Positions 27,192 through 35,526 of a stretch of 64,000 nucleotides of DNA are shown here, piece after piece (position 1 is the first letter of the stretch; every line of letters begins with the position of its first letter). Under the pieces are notes generated by a model that did not search any database, was not told the origin of the DNA, and worked only from the letters and a program-made list of their open reading frames with translations. The stretch is taken from positions 32,052 to 96,051 of the forward strand of contig JBKHED010000005.1 of NCBI GenBank assembly GCA_046540995.1, in the 5' to 3' direction. The translations under genes and the position numbers were made by a program. This stretch comes from Spirochaetaceae bacterium (GTDB lineage Bacteria > Spirochaetota > Spirochaetia > DSM-27196 > Alkalispirochaetaceae).

Positions 27192-28961
27192 CTATTCCAG
27201 CCTGGCCGCAACGGCCCGACGAAACCGCTCTTCGAAGCTCCTGATTAGGGAGATCCCGGAGCGCCAGAACTCCGGCGACTCGAGGTCGAAGCCGGCGCTT
27301 CTGGCCACCTCCTGCGCGGAGGCGGCGCCGGTAAGCTTGAGGAGCTCCCGGTACCTTCTGGGAAACCCCTTCGGATCCTCCAGATACTGCGCGTAGAGTC
27401 CCAGGCCGAAGAGCTGGCCGAAGGCGTAGGGAAAGTTGTAGAACCCGAGCTCCGGACGGTAGTAGTGACCCTTTACCGCCCACATGTACGGATGGCGGAG
27501 GTCCCGGTCCATTCCATCACCGTAGGTGCGCTCCTGGGCGTCGAGCATAAGCTCCTTGAGGCGCCCCGGGGAGACGAAGCCGCTCTCCCGCTCCGCGAAG
27601 AGCGACTTTTCGAAGTAGAATCGCGAGAGGATGTCCACGATCACCTGGGTGCTCTCCTGCAGAAAGTGCTCGAGAATCGGGAGGGGATTGTCCCCCTCCT
27701 CTTCGACCCGGGTGTAGAAGATGTGAGTCTCGCAGAAGATCGACGCCGTCTCCGCCAGCGTCATCGGGTACTCCCTGAGGAGCGCCGGCTCCTCCTTGAT
27801 CACCTCGAAGTGGTAGGCGTGGCCGAGCTCGTGGGCGAGAGTGGAGACGGCGGAGAAGCTCCCGTCGAAGTTCGCGAGAATCCGGCTCTCTCCGAAAGCG
27901 GGCAGAGAAGTGCAGTACGCGCCTCCCACCTTGCCTTGCCGTGGTTGGCCGTCAATCCACTCCTCGGTAAACGCCTTCTCTGCCAGCGCCGCGAGATCAG
28001 AGGAGAATCGTCCGAAGCGGTCGAGGATGAACGCCTTCGCTTCGTCCCAGCTCCAGGATTTCTCCTCACCTCCAACGGGGGCGAAGAGATCGAAAAAGGC
28101 GACGCGTTCGAGGCCGAGGAGTTTCGCCTTCTCCCGCAGGTAGCTTCTGAATAGCGGCAGAGACTCCTCCATAACGCCAATCATCGCGTCCAGGCCTTTC
28201 CGACTCAGTCGAGACTGCATGACCGCCCGCTCGAGATCGCTCCGGTGACCCCGCCGCTTGTTGATTGTCGCGGCGAACCCCTTTACTCCGTTTAGGGCGT
28301 GAGCGAGGGGTGTTTCCATGCTCTTCCAGAGCTTCAGCTCTTCCTGATAAGCGCGTTCACGAACCGCCCGGTCACGGTCGAAGGCGAGGGCCCGGAGTTC
28401 GGTAACGCTCTTTCGCTCGCCCCTCTCCCGATCCCAAAGAGTGGAGAGCTCCGAGGAAACGGACTCCTGGAGACGACTCCAGAGCTCTCCACCGGACCTA
28501 TTGAGGTCCGCCCCGAGGTTTTCCTCTTCAACCCCCATCTGATACCCGGCGAAGGTGATCTCCTCCTCGAGGATTTCGGCGTACGCTTCGAGCTCACCAC
28601 CGGAGTGCCAGAGCTTCCTGAGGGAGTCGGCCTCTCTTGCCAGGCGGCTCCGCAGCCGCACGCGACCATCCCGTAGCCCGACCATGAGTTCGTTGAGCTG
28701 GTCCAGCTCCTTGAGGGCTTGGCTCTCACCTGTGTCGGTGGAGTAGGTAGCATATGCAAAGGATTCGAGGGTCTCGGCGAGGGTGGTTGCGTCGTTTAGT
28801 CGTTCCAACGCGCGTTGAAGCCACGCCCCCTGGGAATCCACCGCTTCTCGGAGAGCGGTGATCTCCTCTCCGAGTGTCGAGATGGCGTTCCGATACCCTT
28901 CGGAATCGAAGCCGCGGTAGATGGTATCAAGTCTCCACCGCGGAGCGCCGGCTGCTCTCAT
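27192..28961 (-). CDS. pepF: oligoendopeptidase F family (M3B) metallopeptidase
   Basis: HELGHAYH zinc motif and M3B length. The ATG at 28961 shares one nt with the ndk stop (TAATG). The longest ORF starts at a GTG at 28973. Confidence 0.88.
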   Translation of the reverse strand: MRAAGAPRWRLDTIYRGFDSEGYRNAISTLGEEITALREAVDSQGAWLQRALERLNDATTLAETLESFAYATYSTDTGESQALKELDQLNELMVGLRDGRVRLRSRLAREADSLRKLWHSGGELEAYAEILEEEITFAGYQMGVEEENLGADLNRSGGELWSRLQESVSSELSTLWDRERGERKSVTELRALAFDRDRAVRERAYQEELKLWKSMETPLAHALNGVKGFAATINKRRGHRSDLERAVMQSRLSRKGLDAMIGVMEESLPLFRSYLREKAKLLGLERVAFFDLFAPVGGEEKSWSWDEAKAFILDRFGRFSSDLAALAEKAFTEEWIDGQPRQGKVGGAYCTSLPAFGESRILANFDGSFSAVSTLAHELGHAYHFEVIKEEPALLREYPMTLAETASIFCETHIFYTRVEEEGDNPLPILEHFLQESTQVIVDILSRFYFEKSLFAERESGFVSPGRLKELMLDAQERTYGDGMDRDLRHPYMWAVKGHYYRPELGFYNFPYAFGQLFGLGLYAQYLEDPKGFPRRYRELLKLTGAASAQEVARSAGFDLESPEFWRSGISLIRSFEERFRRAVAARLE

Positions 28962-29422
28962 TAGATAAACCACTCCTCATTCGGGTCCGTCCACTCGAGG
29001 ATCTCGTCCTCTTCGAACCAGAGGGAGATCTCTCGCTCCGCGCTCTCGGGGCTGTCTGAGGCGTGGATGATATTCTTCGTGGTTGCCGCGGCGAAATCTC
29101 CACGGAGCGTTCCCGGAACGGCTTGGTCTACCTTGGTAGCCCCGCAGAGAAGGCGAAGCATCGGAATGGCGTCCTCCCCGGCAACCACCATCGCGAGCAC
29201 CGGCGAGGAGGAGACGTAGGAAACGAGGTCCTCGAAAAAGGGTTTGCCCTGGTGTTCGGCGTAGTGTTCCTGAAGCAGTTTCTCCGAGGCCCTCATGAGC
29301 TTCATGCCCACAATTCTGAGCCCCTTTCGTTCCATTCGTGTAATGAGTTCTCCGACGATTCGACGCTGCAGAGCACCGGGTTTGAGCATTGCAAAGCTCT
29401 TCTGATATGCCACGTATTGCAC
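28961..29422 (-). CDS. ndk: nucleoside diphosphate kinase
   Basis: FAMLKPGALQRR, active-site NIIHASDS, and about 150 aa. Confidence 0.9.
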   Translation of the reverse strand: MQYVAYQKSFAMLKPGALQRRIVGELITRMERKGLRIVGMKLMRASEKLLQEHYAEHQGKPFFEDLVSYVSSSPVLAMVVAGEDAIPMLRLLCGATKVDQAVPGTLRGDFAAATTKNIIHASDSPESAEREISLWFEEDEILEWTDPNEEWFI

Positions 29423-29479
29423 CTCTTTGGTATGTGTTGCCCCGGAGTCTACTCAAGCAATCAGCTTTTGGAAAGGGCG

Positions 29480-29959
29480 TTACTCAGGTTCGGCGAGCTG
29501 CTCCTCTAACTGATACGGATAGATGAGCTCGCCGGACCAGACCCTCTCTCCGTTTCTCTCCATCGAGAGAAGCGTTAGGGTCGAAAGAACCATGGGCTCC
29601 CTGGGCAGGAATGGGAAGGGTGAGTCAAACGTTACCTCGACAACTCCCGTCCGGGGATCCAGAGCCGTTACCCTCCTCGTCGCCTTCCGCTTCGTCGATA
29701 GCTTCTCGACCTCTTCCTCATCCCGTTCCGCGGTGGCCGGGGAGCTTTCGATTTCGAAACGGAGGGAGACCTTCTCCGGAAGCGGCGTCTCCCGCATCCG
29801 GAGGTGGAGCTCTACCCGGTGTCGCTCCTCGGGATAGAGTCGTTCGAAGCTCGCTCCCAGGAGAATGCAGGGGGGCGCTTCGGGAGGCGAAAGCAGCTCA
29901 CAGGAGGCGCTCAACGAGAGAAGGAGGAGAGAAAGAAGCTCACACCAGGGGACTCTCAC
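29480..29959 (-). CDS. lipoprotein, last gene of the secretion-system operon
   Basis: Signal plus lipobox LLLLSLSASC. The GTGA start overlaps the upstream stop. Confidence 0.5.
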   Translation of the reverse strand: MRVPWCELLSLLLLSLSASCELLSPPEAPPCILLGASFERLYPEERHRVELHLRMRETPLPEKVSLRFEIESSPATAERDEEEVEKLSTKRKATRRVTALDPRTGVVEVTFDSPFPFLPREPMVLSTLTLLSMERNGERVWSGELIYPYQLEEQLAEPE

Positions 29960-30516
29960 CGGAGCGTCCCTTCGACGGCGCGCAGGAGATCCTCACTTCT
30001 GCGTCGGCCGAGCTTTCCGGAGAGCGAGGCGAGCTCATCCCTCCACCCCTCCTCCGCGGTGGCGGCCCTCAGGAGGGCGTGCACCAGGGATCGCTCCTCC
30101 CGGCTCGCCTTCGCCGCTTCGAGAAGAGTCAGAAGCTCCGCGAGAGCGGCGGTGTTCTTCTCCAGAAACGCCTCGGCGCAGACCGGACCGAGGGGGCGAA
30201 GAGTGACGTAGAGAATCTGCGTAGCGTTGCGGAAGCTGAAACCGACCAGCTCCGGCGCGAATCCCGGAGCGGAGACGAGGAGTTCATACTCCCCCGCCCG
30301 CAGCCCCGGCACTACCAACCGTCCGAAAGAGTCCGTACCGCCGAGGCTTCTTCGCCCGTCGCGAATAGTACCGTTGGTCACCGGCTCGTGATCAGTCGAG
30401 TAGACCATGAGGAGGAGATCCCCCTCAACAAAGTGATCCGGTCCTCCGGCGCAACTCAGCGAAATGATCAGAACCGCCGCCGGAAGGACGACGATTGCTC
30501 TTCCGGCCACTCTCAT
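29956..30516 (-). CDS. lipoprotein with a carboxypeptidase-regulatory-like (prealbumin-fold) domain
   Basis: Lipobox IISLSCAG. The segment VTNGTIRDGRRSLGGTDSFGRLVVPGLRAGEYELLVSAPGF is typical of CarboxypepD_reg-like domains. ATGA coupling. Confidence 0.55.
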   Translation of the reverse strand: MRVAGRAIVVLPAAVLIISLSCAGGPDHFVEGDLLLMVYSTDHEPVTNGTIRDGRRSLGGTDSFGRLVVPGLRAGEYELLVSAPGFAPELVGFSFRNATQILYVTLRPLGPVCAEAFLEKNTAALAELLTLLEAAKASREERSLVHALLRAATAEEGWRDELASLSGKLGRRRSEDLLRAVEGTLR

Positions 30517-30875
30517 CGTCTGCGCACAAAGATCATCGCTTTGCCTCCCGCAAGCCGTAGATAGCCCACCTCTCGTCCCTCCCGGCGGGACGTTTTTGCA
30601 TCCCTCATCGGCTCATCAACACCCATCCCTGAGTCCGCCGCCTCGGTCCGCTCCGGTTCCGGCGTCGGGGAGGGAAAGAGCCGTTCCATGTCGGTCGCCT
30701 CCGGAACTGAGGGCAGTGAACCGGCTACTCGTGCCGTTTCGGAGGGCGCCTTCAGCGAAGGCGCCCGGGCCCCCCTGGGAGGATCGGAAACCGCCGACCA
30801 CCGGCGAGCCACGAAGAGAGCGAGGGAAGTGAGAACGAGAAGGAGAGAGAGAAGCCGCAGGAGACGCTCATTCAT
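30513..30875 (-). CDS. bitopic membrane protein (possible GspC/PilP analogue)
   Basis: MNERLLRLLSLLLVLTSLALF TM followed by a Pro/Glu-rich periplasmic part. The start lies 4 nt upstream of the previous stop. Confidence 0.45.
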   Translation of the reverse strand: MNERLLRLLSLLLVLTSLALFVARRWSAVSDPPRGARAPSLKAPSETARVAGSLPSVPEATDMERLFPSPTPEPERTEAADSGMGVDEPMRDAKTSRREGREVGYLRLAGGKAMIFVRRR

Positions 30876-31293
30876 CCCTGAACCGCACCGAGAGGCGATA
30901 CCGTCCATCCTCGCGATGGAGGTGGAAACTGAGCAGTTCTCGAGCTGCCGCCAGCGCGTAGAGTGCAAGCACGAGCTCCGCCGGCTCTCCCCAGCTCTCC
31001 ACGGCTACCGAGGTTTCTCCTCCCGCTGAGGTACTCCGATAGGTTGCTCCATCGACTCCGCCAAAGGCGGCTCGTAGCGCCGCTGGTCCTTCCCACTCGC
31101 AGCGGCGTTCCGTTTCTTCCGGGAGCTCCTCCCTACGCCCCGCCGCTTCCGAGCCCGGCGCCTCATCGCCGCCTTCGGAGGGAACCTTCGGTGGGGTGAG
31201 GAGCAGGGCGGCCGAGAGCAGGGCAGCCGCCGAGAGAATGAGGAGCACCCAGCCCAGGAGCGTAGCCGCTCCCTGTGAAGCTTCTTTCTTCAT
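30868..31293 (-). CDS. bitopic membrane protein (possible GspM/PilO analogue)
   Basis: One TM (LLGWVLLILSAAALLSAALLL) plus a roughly 90-aa periplasmic domain. ATGA coupling. Confidence 0.45.
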   Translation of the reverse strand: MKKEASQGAATLLGWVLLILSAAALLSAALLLTPPKVPSEGGDEAPGSEAAGRREELPEETERRCEWEGPAALRAAFGGVDGATYRSTSAGGETSVAVESWGEPAELVLALYALAAARELLSFHLHREDGRYRLSVRFRDE

Positions 31294-32213
31294 TGCAGTT
31301 CTATAGTACAGAGAATGGTTCCTGCCGCTTCAGCTAAGAGCCAGTTGGAGCTCCGGATCTCCAACATCGCCGACTGATACCGCTTTTCCAGTAGTGTCTT
31401 AACTCCATCGACGTCGGTTACCCGCAGCGACAGGCGCAGCGCATCGCTACTTCCCTCGATCACCTCGACGGTAACCTCCCCGGGCGCTCGGAAGAGGAGG
31501 GTAAGAAGCTCGGTGAGCTCCGGCAGAGCACGGCTTGCCTCGGTCGGTGCGAGCGCCGGTTCCGGGACCGGCGGCTCAGGGCGCTCCGTAGAGGAGGGTT
31601 GCGATCGCATGGCCGCCGGTGTGGTGAGAAGCAGAAGCAGTGCCGAAAGGAGAGCCAAACCCGCATAGAGGTTGAAGGAGCCGTGCCGAGGCTTCCGCAC
31701 GGAGAGCAGCAGAACCGGGAGGAGCCGGAGGTGGCAGAGCAGCAGGAGCAGCAGCCTCAGCGGCCGACGTCGAGCGAGAGCTAGAAGCGCGGTGGCCCGC
31801 AGAACCCGCGGGCGAGACGCGTGAGGATCCTCGTCCGGTACGACGGCCGCTCCCGGAAGGGGCTCCCGATGCGTGCCCCACTCCACCTGAACCGGCCGAT
31901 TACCGCGGCGGAGGAGGAGGGCGAAGAGAAGGGGGTGGAGAAAGATCCGGCCCTTACCGGGGGCGCTCTCCGAGCTTCCGGACGGTGGAGCCTGCTCCGC
32001 GGCGGCCGCCGGCGCTTCGGGGCGGAGAATGAGGTATGGAGTCCGGTGAAGCGGATCGCCCGGTAGGGAGCGATACGCCCTGCGGACCGTGCACCCCTGG
32101 AGCCGGAAGGGGACTCGCTGCCGCAGATACTCGCTCTCTCCCTTCGGTCGTACTCCCCTGGGCAGCAGGAGGAGGGTCGCCGCCTCCGGGGCGAGAAGCC
32201 TCAGCTCATTCAT
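31290..32213 (-). CDS. membrane protein with a cytoplasmic N-domain, central TM and periplasmic alpha/beta domain (possible GspL/PilMN analogue)
   Basis: Assigned from architecture and operon position only. No confident motif. Confidence 0.45.
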   Translation of the reverse strand: MNELRLLAPEAATLLLLPRGVRPKGESEYLRQRVPFRLQGCTVRRAYRSLPGDPLHRTPYLILRPEAPAAAAEQAPPSGSSESAPGKGRIFLHPLLFALLLRRGNRPVQVEWGTHREPLPGAAVVPDEDPHASRPRVLRATALLALARRRPLRLLLLLLCHLRLLPVLLLSVRKPRHGSFNLYAGLALLSALLLLLTTPAAMRSQPSSTERPEPPVPEPALAPTEASRALPELTELLTLLFRAPGEVTVEVIEGSSDALRLSLRVTDVDGVKTLLEKRYQSAMLEIRSSNWLLAEAAGTILCTIELQ

Positions 32214-32370
32214 CGAGAGGCTCCAGACGTGATTCGATCCGCTCCATTAGTAGCTCCGCGGCGGTGATGCCGCGGAGGAGCGAGCCGATTTGCAGGCTCA
32301 GAACGGTCAACGCCGCAACCGTCAGGATGAGTGCGGCGGTTACGAATCCTCCCGATGAGTTACCGCTCAC
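32206..32370 (-). CDS. unlisted 54-aa ORF, possible minor pseudopilin-like peptide
   Basis: My translation is VSGNSSGGFVTAALILTVAALTVLSLQIGSLLRGITAAELLMERIESRLEPLDE. The GTGA start overlaps the upstream stop, and its own stop overlaps the next ATG. Confidence 0.35.
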   Translation of the reverse strand: MSGNSSGGFVTAALILTVAALTVLSLQIGSLLRGITAAELLMERIESRLEPLDE

Positions 32371-32795
32371 CGCGACTCCTTCCGGGGGACCCTCAGGTAG
32401 AAGGTTATCCGCGCTCTCCCCGCTCGGCCCGGCGGGAACGGAACCAGCAGAGTGACCTCATACCGTTCATCCGTGAGCCGCCTGAGTCGCAGATCCGCAC
32501 CCCCCGGCACCCTCCGGCTGCCCCTAAACTCGAGCGCCTCTTCGGTGAGCGCGGCAAGCTGCCCGACCGCTCGGAGCAGTCGGAGACTCTCCTCGAGCCG
32601 GCCGGCGCTCTGCCTCAGCTCGGCCATCAGGGAAGCCACCGGTAGAAACAGCTCGCCGGCTGCAAGAATCGCAACCGACAGGAGGAGTCCTCCCAGAGGG
32701 GAGAGAAACCCGTGATTATCGGGGAATCTCAAGAGTCCTTCCCTGGAGCTCCGTGAGAAACTCCTCCACGCCGATAAGACGTGAGCGAGCCTCAC
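32367..32795 (-). CDS. hypothetical membrane protein, possible non-canonical pseudopilin (start uncertain)
   Basis: NHGFLSPLGGLLLSVAILAAGE resembles a prepilin N-terminus without Glu+5. An alternative TTG start lies near 32732. Confidence 0.45.
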   Translation of the reverse strand: MRLAHVLSAWRSFSRSSREGLLRFPDNHGFLSPLGGLLLSVAILAAGELFLPVASLMAELRQSAGRLEESLRLLRAVGQLAALTEEALEFRGSRRVPGGADLRLRRLTDERYEVTLLVPFPPGRAGRARITFYLRVPRKESR

Positions 32796-32874
32796 TCAGG
32801 GCGGTTGAAATCCGAATCGCCGCCCCGTGTAAGATGAGCAGCAGCAGCAGGAGCAACGCCGCCCTCGGTATCAT
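32716..32874 (-). CDS. unlisted 52-aa ORF with an N-terminal hydrophobic helix
   Basis: My translation is MIPRAALLLLLLLILHGAAIRISTALSEARSRLIGVEEFLTELQGRTLEIPR. The ATGA start overlaps the gspG stop. It conflicts with the 5' end of the 32367-32795 ORF. Confidence 0.3.
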   Translation of the reverse strand: MIPRAALLLLLLLILHGAAIRISTALSEARSRLIGVEEFLTELQGRTLEIPR

Positions 32875-33302
32875 CGGGGAGCCTCGTAGAGGTACACGCT
32901 CTCTTCCTCCCCGGGAGGGCCCAGGGAGTAGAGCTCGTACGGAAGTCCGTCTCGCTCCCTCCTTCGATAGACGTAGGGTCGCCCCCAGGGGTCCTCGCTG
33001 GCCGGACCGTTGAGGTAGGGGCCGTTCCAGCTCTCCGGGACGGGATGAAGATAGGGCGGCTCATAGAGGGCGATCAGACCCTGCTCGGTTGTGGGATACT
33101 CCCCGCAGTCGAAGGCGTAGGAGTCGAGGGCCACGGCGAGGGCCGTGAGCTCCCCCTTGGCGGCGGCGCGACGGGCGTCGTCGATATATCGGTACGCCGC
33201 GACCCCGGTTGTGCTCGAGAGAACGAGGATAATCCCGACGGTGATAACCGTTTCGACGAAGGTCCAGCCGCCGTCGTCACTCAGGACTCGTAGAATATTC
33301 AT
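32871..33302 (-). CDS. gspG: GspG-type major pseudopilin
   Basis: Prepilin signal ...SDDGG/WTFVETVITVGIILVLS (Glu+5) and a GspG-like C-terminus DPWGRPYVY...YELYSLGPPG. SD GAAGGAG lies upstream. Confidence 0.85.
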   Translation of the reverse strand: MNILRVLSDDGGWTFVETVITVGIILVLSSTTGVAAYRYIDDARRAAAKGELTALAVALDSYAFDCGEYPTTEQGLIALYEPPYLHPVPESWNGPYLNGPASEDPWGRPYVYRRRERDGLPYELYSLGPPGEEESVYLYEAPR

Positions 33303-33350
33303 AACGCGCTCCTTCTATGAGAAGAGGTAGCCCGAAAGGGAGCTGCTGCT

Positions 33351-34376
33351 TCAGCCAAGAAGCATAAAACCTTCCATGAGCGGAATTACGACCAGGAGTC
33401 CCGCCAGAAGTAGGAGCACGCCGACGAGGAAAAGGGCGACTGTCGGAAGGAGCTGAGCTGCTCGCTCCTCCCGGCGCTTCTCGCAAAGCTCACCGTGGCG
33501 AATGAGAGCGTTCAGGAGGGCCGCCGCGGCGCTCCGTTCAGGATGGGTCTCGATGAGTCGAAGGTCCTCTCTGGTCAGTGGCGGTAGCAGGTATTCGAGA
33601 GCGAAGGAGAGGGAGCGCCCTTCTTCCAGACGCCCTTCCGCCGCTTCCAAGGGCGCCCAGTGGAGTCCCCGGGAGGCGAGGGACTTTCGCAGCGTACGAA
33701 GCGAAGCCGCCAGGGAGGGAGAAAGAAGCAGCGATTCCCGGAACAGGAGGAGGAACTCCATTCTGCCGGGGAGCTCCCGCTTTCGGGTGGAGATGAACAC
33801 CCCCAGGGGCAACGCGGCGGATAAGAGGACGCCGGAGAGGATGTGAAGCGGGATCAGATGCGCGGGAAGGGGCGGTCCTTCCCCGGGGAGAGCAAGGGCG
33901 CCGGAGAAGAGCGAGAACTGCAGGGCGGCTAGAGCAGCGGAGAGAAAGAGCGATAGGAGTACCGGGTAGACTATTCCCTGAAGCAGGTTCTCTCTCCGCC
34001 GTCGGAAGCTTCTCCCTTCGGAGGCGGTAGTGCGCAATGCTTCAACCGTTCCTCTCGCCTCGAGCCGGAGCTCGAAGAGGGCGAGCTCCCGAGCCTTCCA
34101 CCCCCTCTCCTCGAGAACAGTCAGGACCTGCTCTTCCGACCTCGCTGAGAAGGCGCCATGGAGCTTGCCGAACCGGCGGCGCGGCCGCTCCTCCGGGATC
34201 GCTTTGAGCCCCGACTCCTCGACGTCCGCGAGTTCCTCCAGGAGCTCGGGAATGGAGCGGCTAGGCAAAGCGATACCCCCGGGCCGCCGCCTCCCGTCGG
34301 TAGCTTCCGAACGTGCGGTACCGGTTGCGACTGAGGTAGCGGCGCCACCACGCCCCGGTGAGCTCGTTTCCATCAA
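33351..34376 (-). CDS. gspF: divergent GspF/PilC-type platform protein (true start probably the TTG near 34268)
   Basis: Three hydrophobic helices separated by helical cytoplasmic domains. It sits between the ATPase and the pseudopilin. The long form would overlap gspE by 116 nt. Confidence 0.65.
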   Translation of the reverse strand: MMETSSPGRGGAATSVATGTARSEATDGRRRPGGIALPSRSIPELLEELADVEESGLKAIPEERPRRRFGKLHGAFSARSEEQVLTVLEERGWKARELALFELRLEARGTVEALRTTASEGRSFRRRRENLLQGIVYPVLLSLFLSAALAALQFSLFSGALALPGEGPPLPAHLIPLHILSGVLLSAALPLGVFISTRKRELPGRMEFLLLFRESLLLSPSLAASLRTLRKSLASRGLHWAPLEAAEGRLEEGRSLSFALEYLLPPLTREDLRLIETHPERSAAAALLNALIRHGELCEKRREERAAQLLPTVALFLVGVLLLLAGLLVVIPLMEGFMLLG

Positions 34377-35526
34377 AGGGTGCGCTCGCCAGGTTGACGA
34401 TCTCGAAGAGCACTACCCGCCTCGGGAGCTCTCCCCCCGGCGGTACCGCCGAGACCAGCCGCTGGCTTATCACCCCTCCTAGGGCGTGCTCCAGAGCGCA
34501 GGGGTCCGCCTCGAGCTCGAGGAGCCGTTCCACCGCCCCCGCCGCGGAGGGTGCGTGGAGGGTGGTTAGAACGAGATGCCCCGTGAGAGCCGCTTCGATC
34601 GCATACCGGGTGGTCTCGGGACTGCGAACTTCTCCCAGGACGATAATGTCCGGGTCCTGCCGCAAGGCGGCTTCCAGCAGCACCCGCCCCTCCGTCACCT
34701 TTCGCAGATTCAGCTGGAGAAAACGCTCCTCTTCCTGTTCCACCGGGTCCTCGATTGTGACGACCCGCCTCCCCCGGTCGGCCTCGGGCCGCAGCATGGC
34801 GTGGAGGGTGGTGCTCTTTCCGGAACCGGTGGGGCCGCAGAGGAGTATCAATCCGTCATCGCGAGAAGCGAGAAAGGCGAGTTCCTCTCGAGCTTCCGGG
34901 AGGAGGGCGATCTCATCGAGGGAGAGGCGCTTTTCACTGGGTGGGAAGAGGCGGAGGGCAACGGAAAGGTTCTCCCGCCGCCGCCTCAGGAGCGAGAGGC
35001 GTGCGTCGTAGGTACCCGCGGCTCCCTGGAAGCTGAAGCTTCCCTCCTGAGCCGCTTCGCCGGAGTAGGGGTCGAGGTCGGCGAGAGAGAGAAGCCGCCG
35101 AATCACCGCGGTTCCCAGGGGCTCGGCGAAACGCAAGTGCTCCTCCAATCGTCCCTCCCGTCGAAGGGCCGTCATCAGGGATCCTTCCATGAGACGAAGG
35201 TGGAGATCCGAAGCCCCGAGGGCCGCTGCCTCGCCGAGGAGACCGTTTACCACCACCACCGCCGGCGCCTCCGGGGAGGCGAGCTCCTCCGCCCCGGCGG
35301 GGCCTTCGGATTCGGGCTTCCGGGGACCGGAGAGCATTCGAGCGTGCTGCGCGAGAAACTCCTCCCGGCTGATACGCTTTACCGCTACCGGGGCACCAAA
35401 GGCGGCCCGTAGGCGAAGCCGCTCCTCCTCGGGAAGCTCCTCGGTTGCTCCGAGGAGGACCTGGTGGGAACCGCGTTGCAAAACGACCACCCCCCAGTGG
35501 AGGGAGTACGCCCGGCTCAGCTCCAT
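34261..35526 (-). CDS. gspE: GspE/PilB-family secretion ATPase
   Basis: Walker A CGPTGSGKSTT, VTIEDPVE, Walker B DPDIIVLGEVRSPET, His box TGHLVLTTLHA. TAATG junction with the upstream gene. Confidence 0.9.
   Translation of the reverse strand: MELSRAYSLHWGVVVLQRGSHQVLLGATEELPEEERLRLRAAFGAPVAVKRISREEFLAQHARMLSGPRKPESEGPAGAEELASPEAPAVVVVNGLLGEAAALGASDLHLRLMEGSLMTALRREGRLEEHLRFAEPLGTAVIRRLLSLADLDPYSGEAAQEGSFSFQGAAGTYDARLSLLRRRRENLSVALRLFPPSEKRLSLDEIALLPEAREELAFLASRDDGLILLCGPTGSGKSTTLHAMLRPEADRGRRVVTIEDPVEQEEERFLQLNLRKVTEGRVLLEAALRQDPDIIVLGEVRSPETTRYAIEAALTGHLVLTTLHAPSAAGAVERLLELEADPCALEHALGGVISQRLVSAVPPGGELPRRVVLFEIVNLASAPFDGNELTGAWWRRYLSRNRYRTFGSYRREAAARGYRFA

Noticed and set aside
26759-27211. 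ORFs of 61-86 aa running through the 95-bp repeats and the tRNA
   Set aside because: They are generated by the repeat and tRNA sequence itself. The repeated peptide is a by-product of DNA repetition.
26273-29422. Integrated mobile element at tRNA-Cys
   Set aside because: Duplicated tRNA 3' ends suggested an island, but the flanks encode Nudix, PepF and Ndk housekeeping genes. There is no integrase, excisionase or compositional shift, so I report only the repeats.
29611-30564. 317-aa plus-strand ORF, and similar ORFs at 34576-35412, 36803-37450 and 37347-38207
   Set aside because: They are antisense to the tightly coupled secretion operon. They are Arg/Pro/Gly-rich and have no start context. 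I treat them as GC artefacts.
32792-33064. 90-aa minus-strand ORF overlapping gspG in another frame
   Set aside because: The GspG frame has a canonical prepilin signal and C-terminal motif, whereas this frame is Pro/Thr/Arg-rich and lacks coupling signals.
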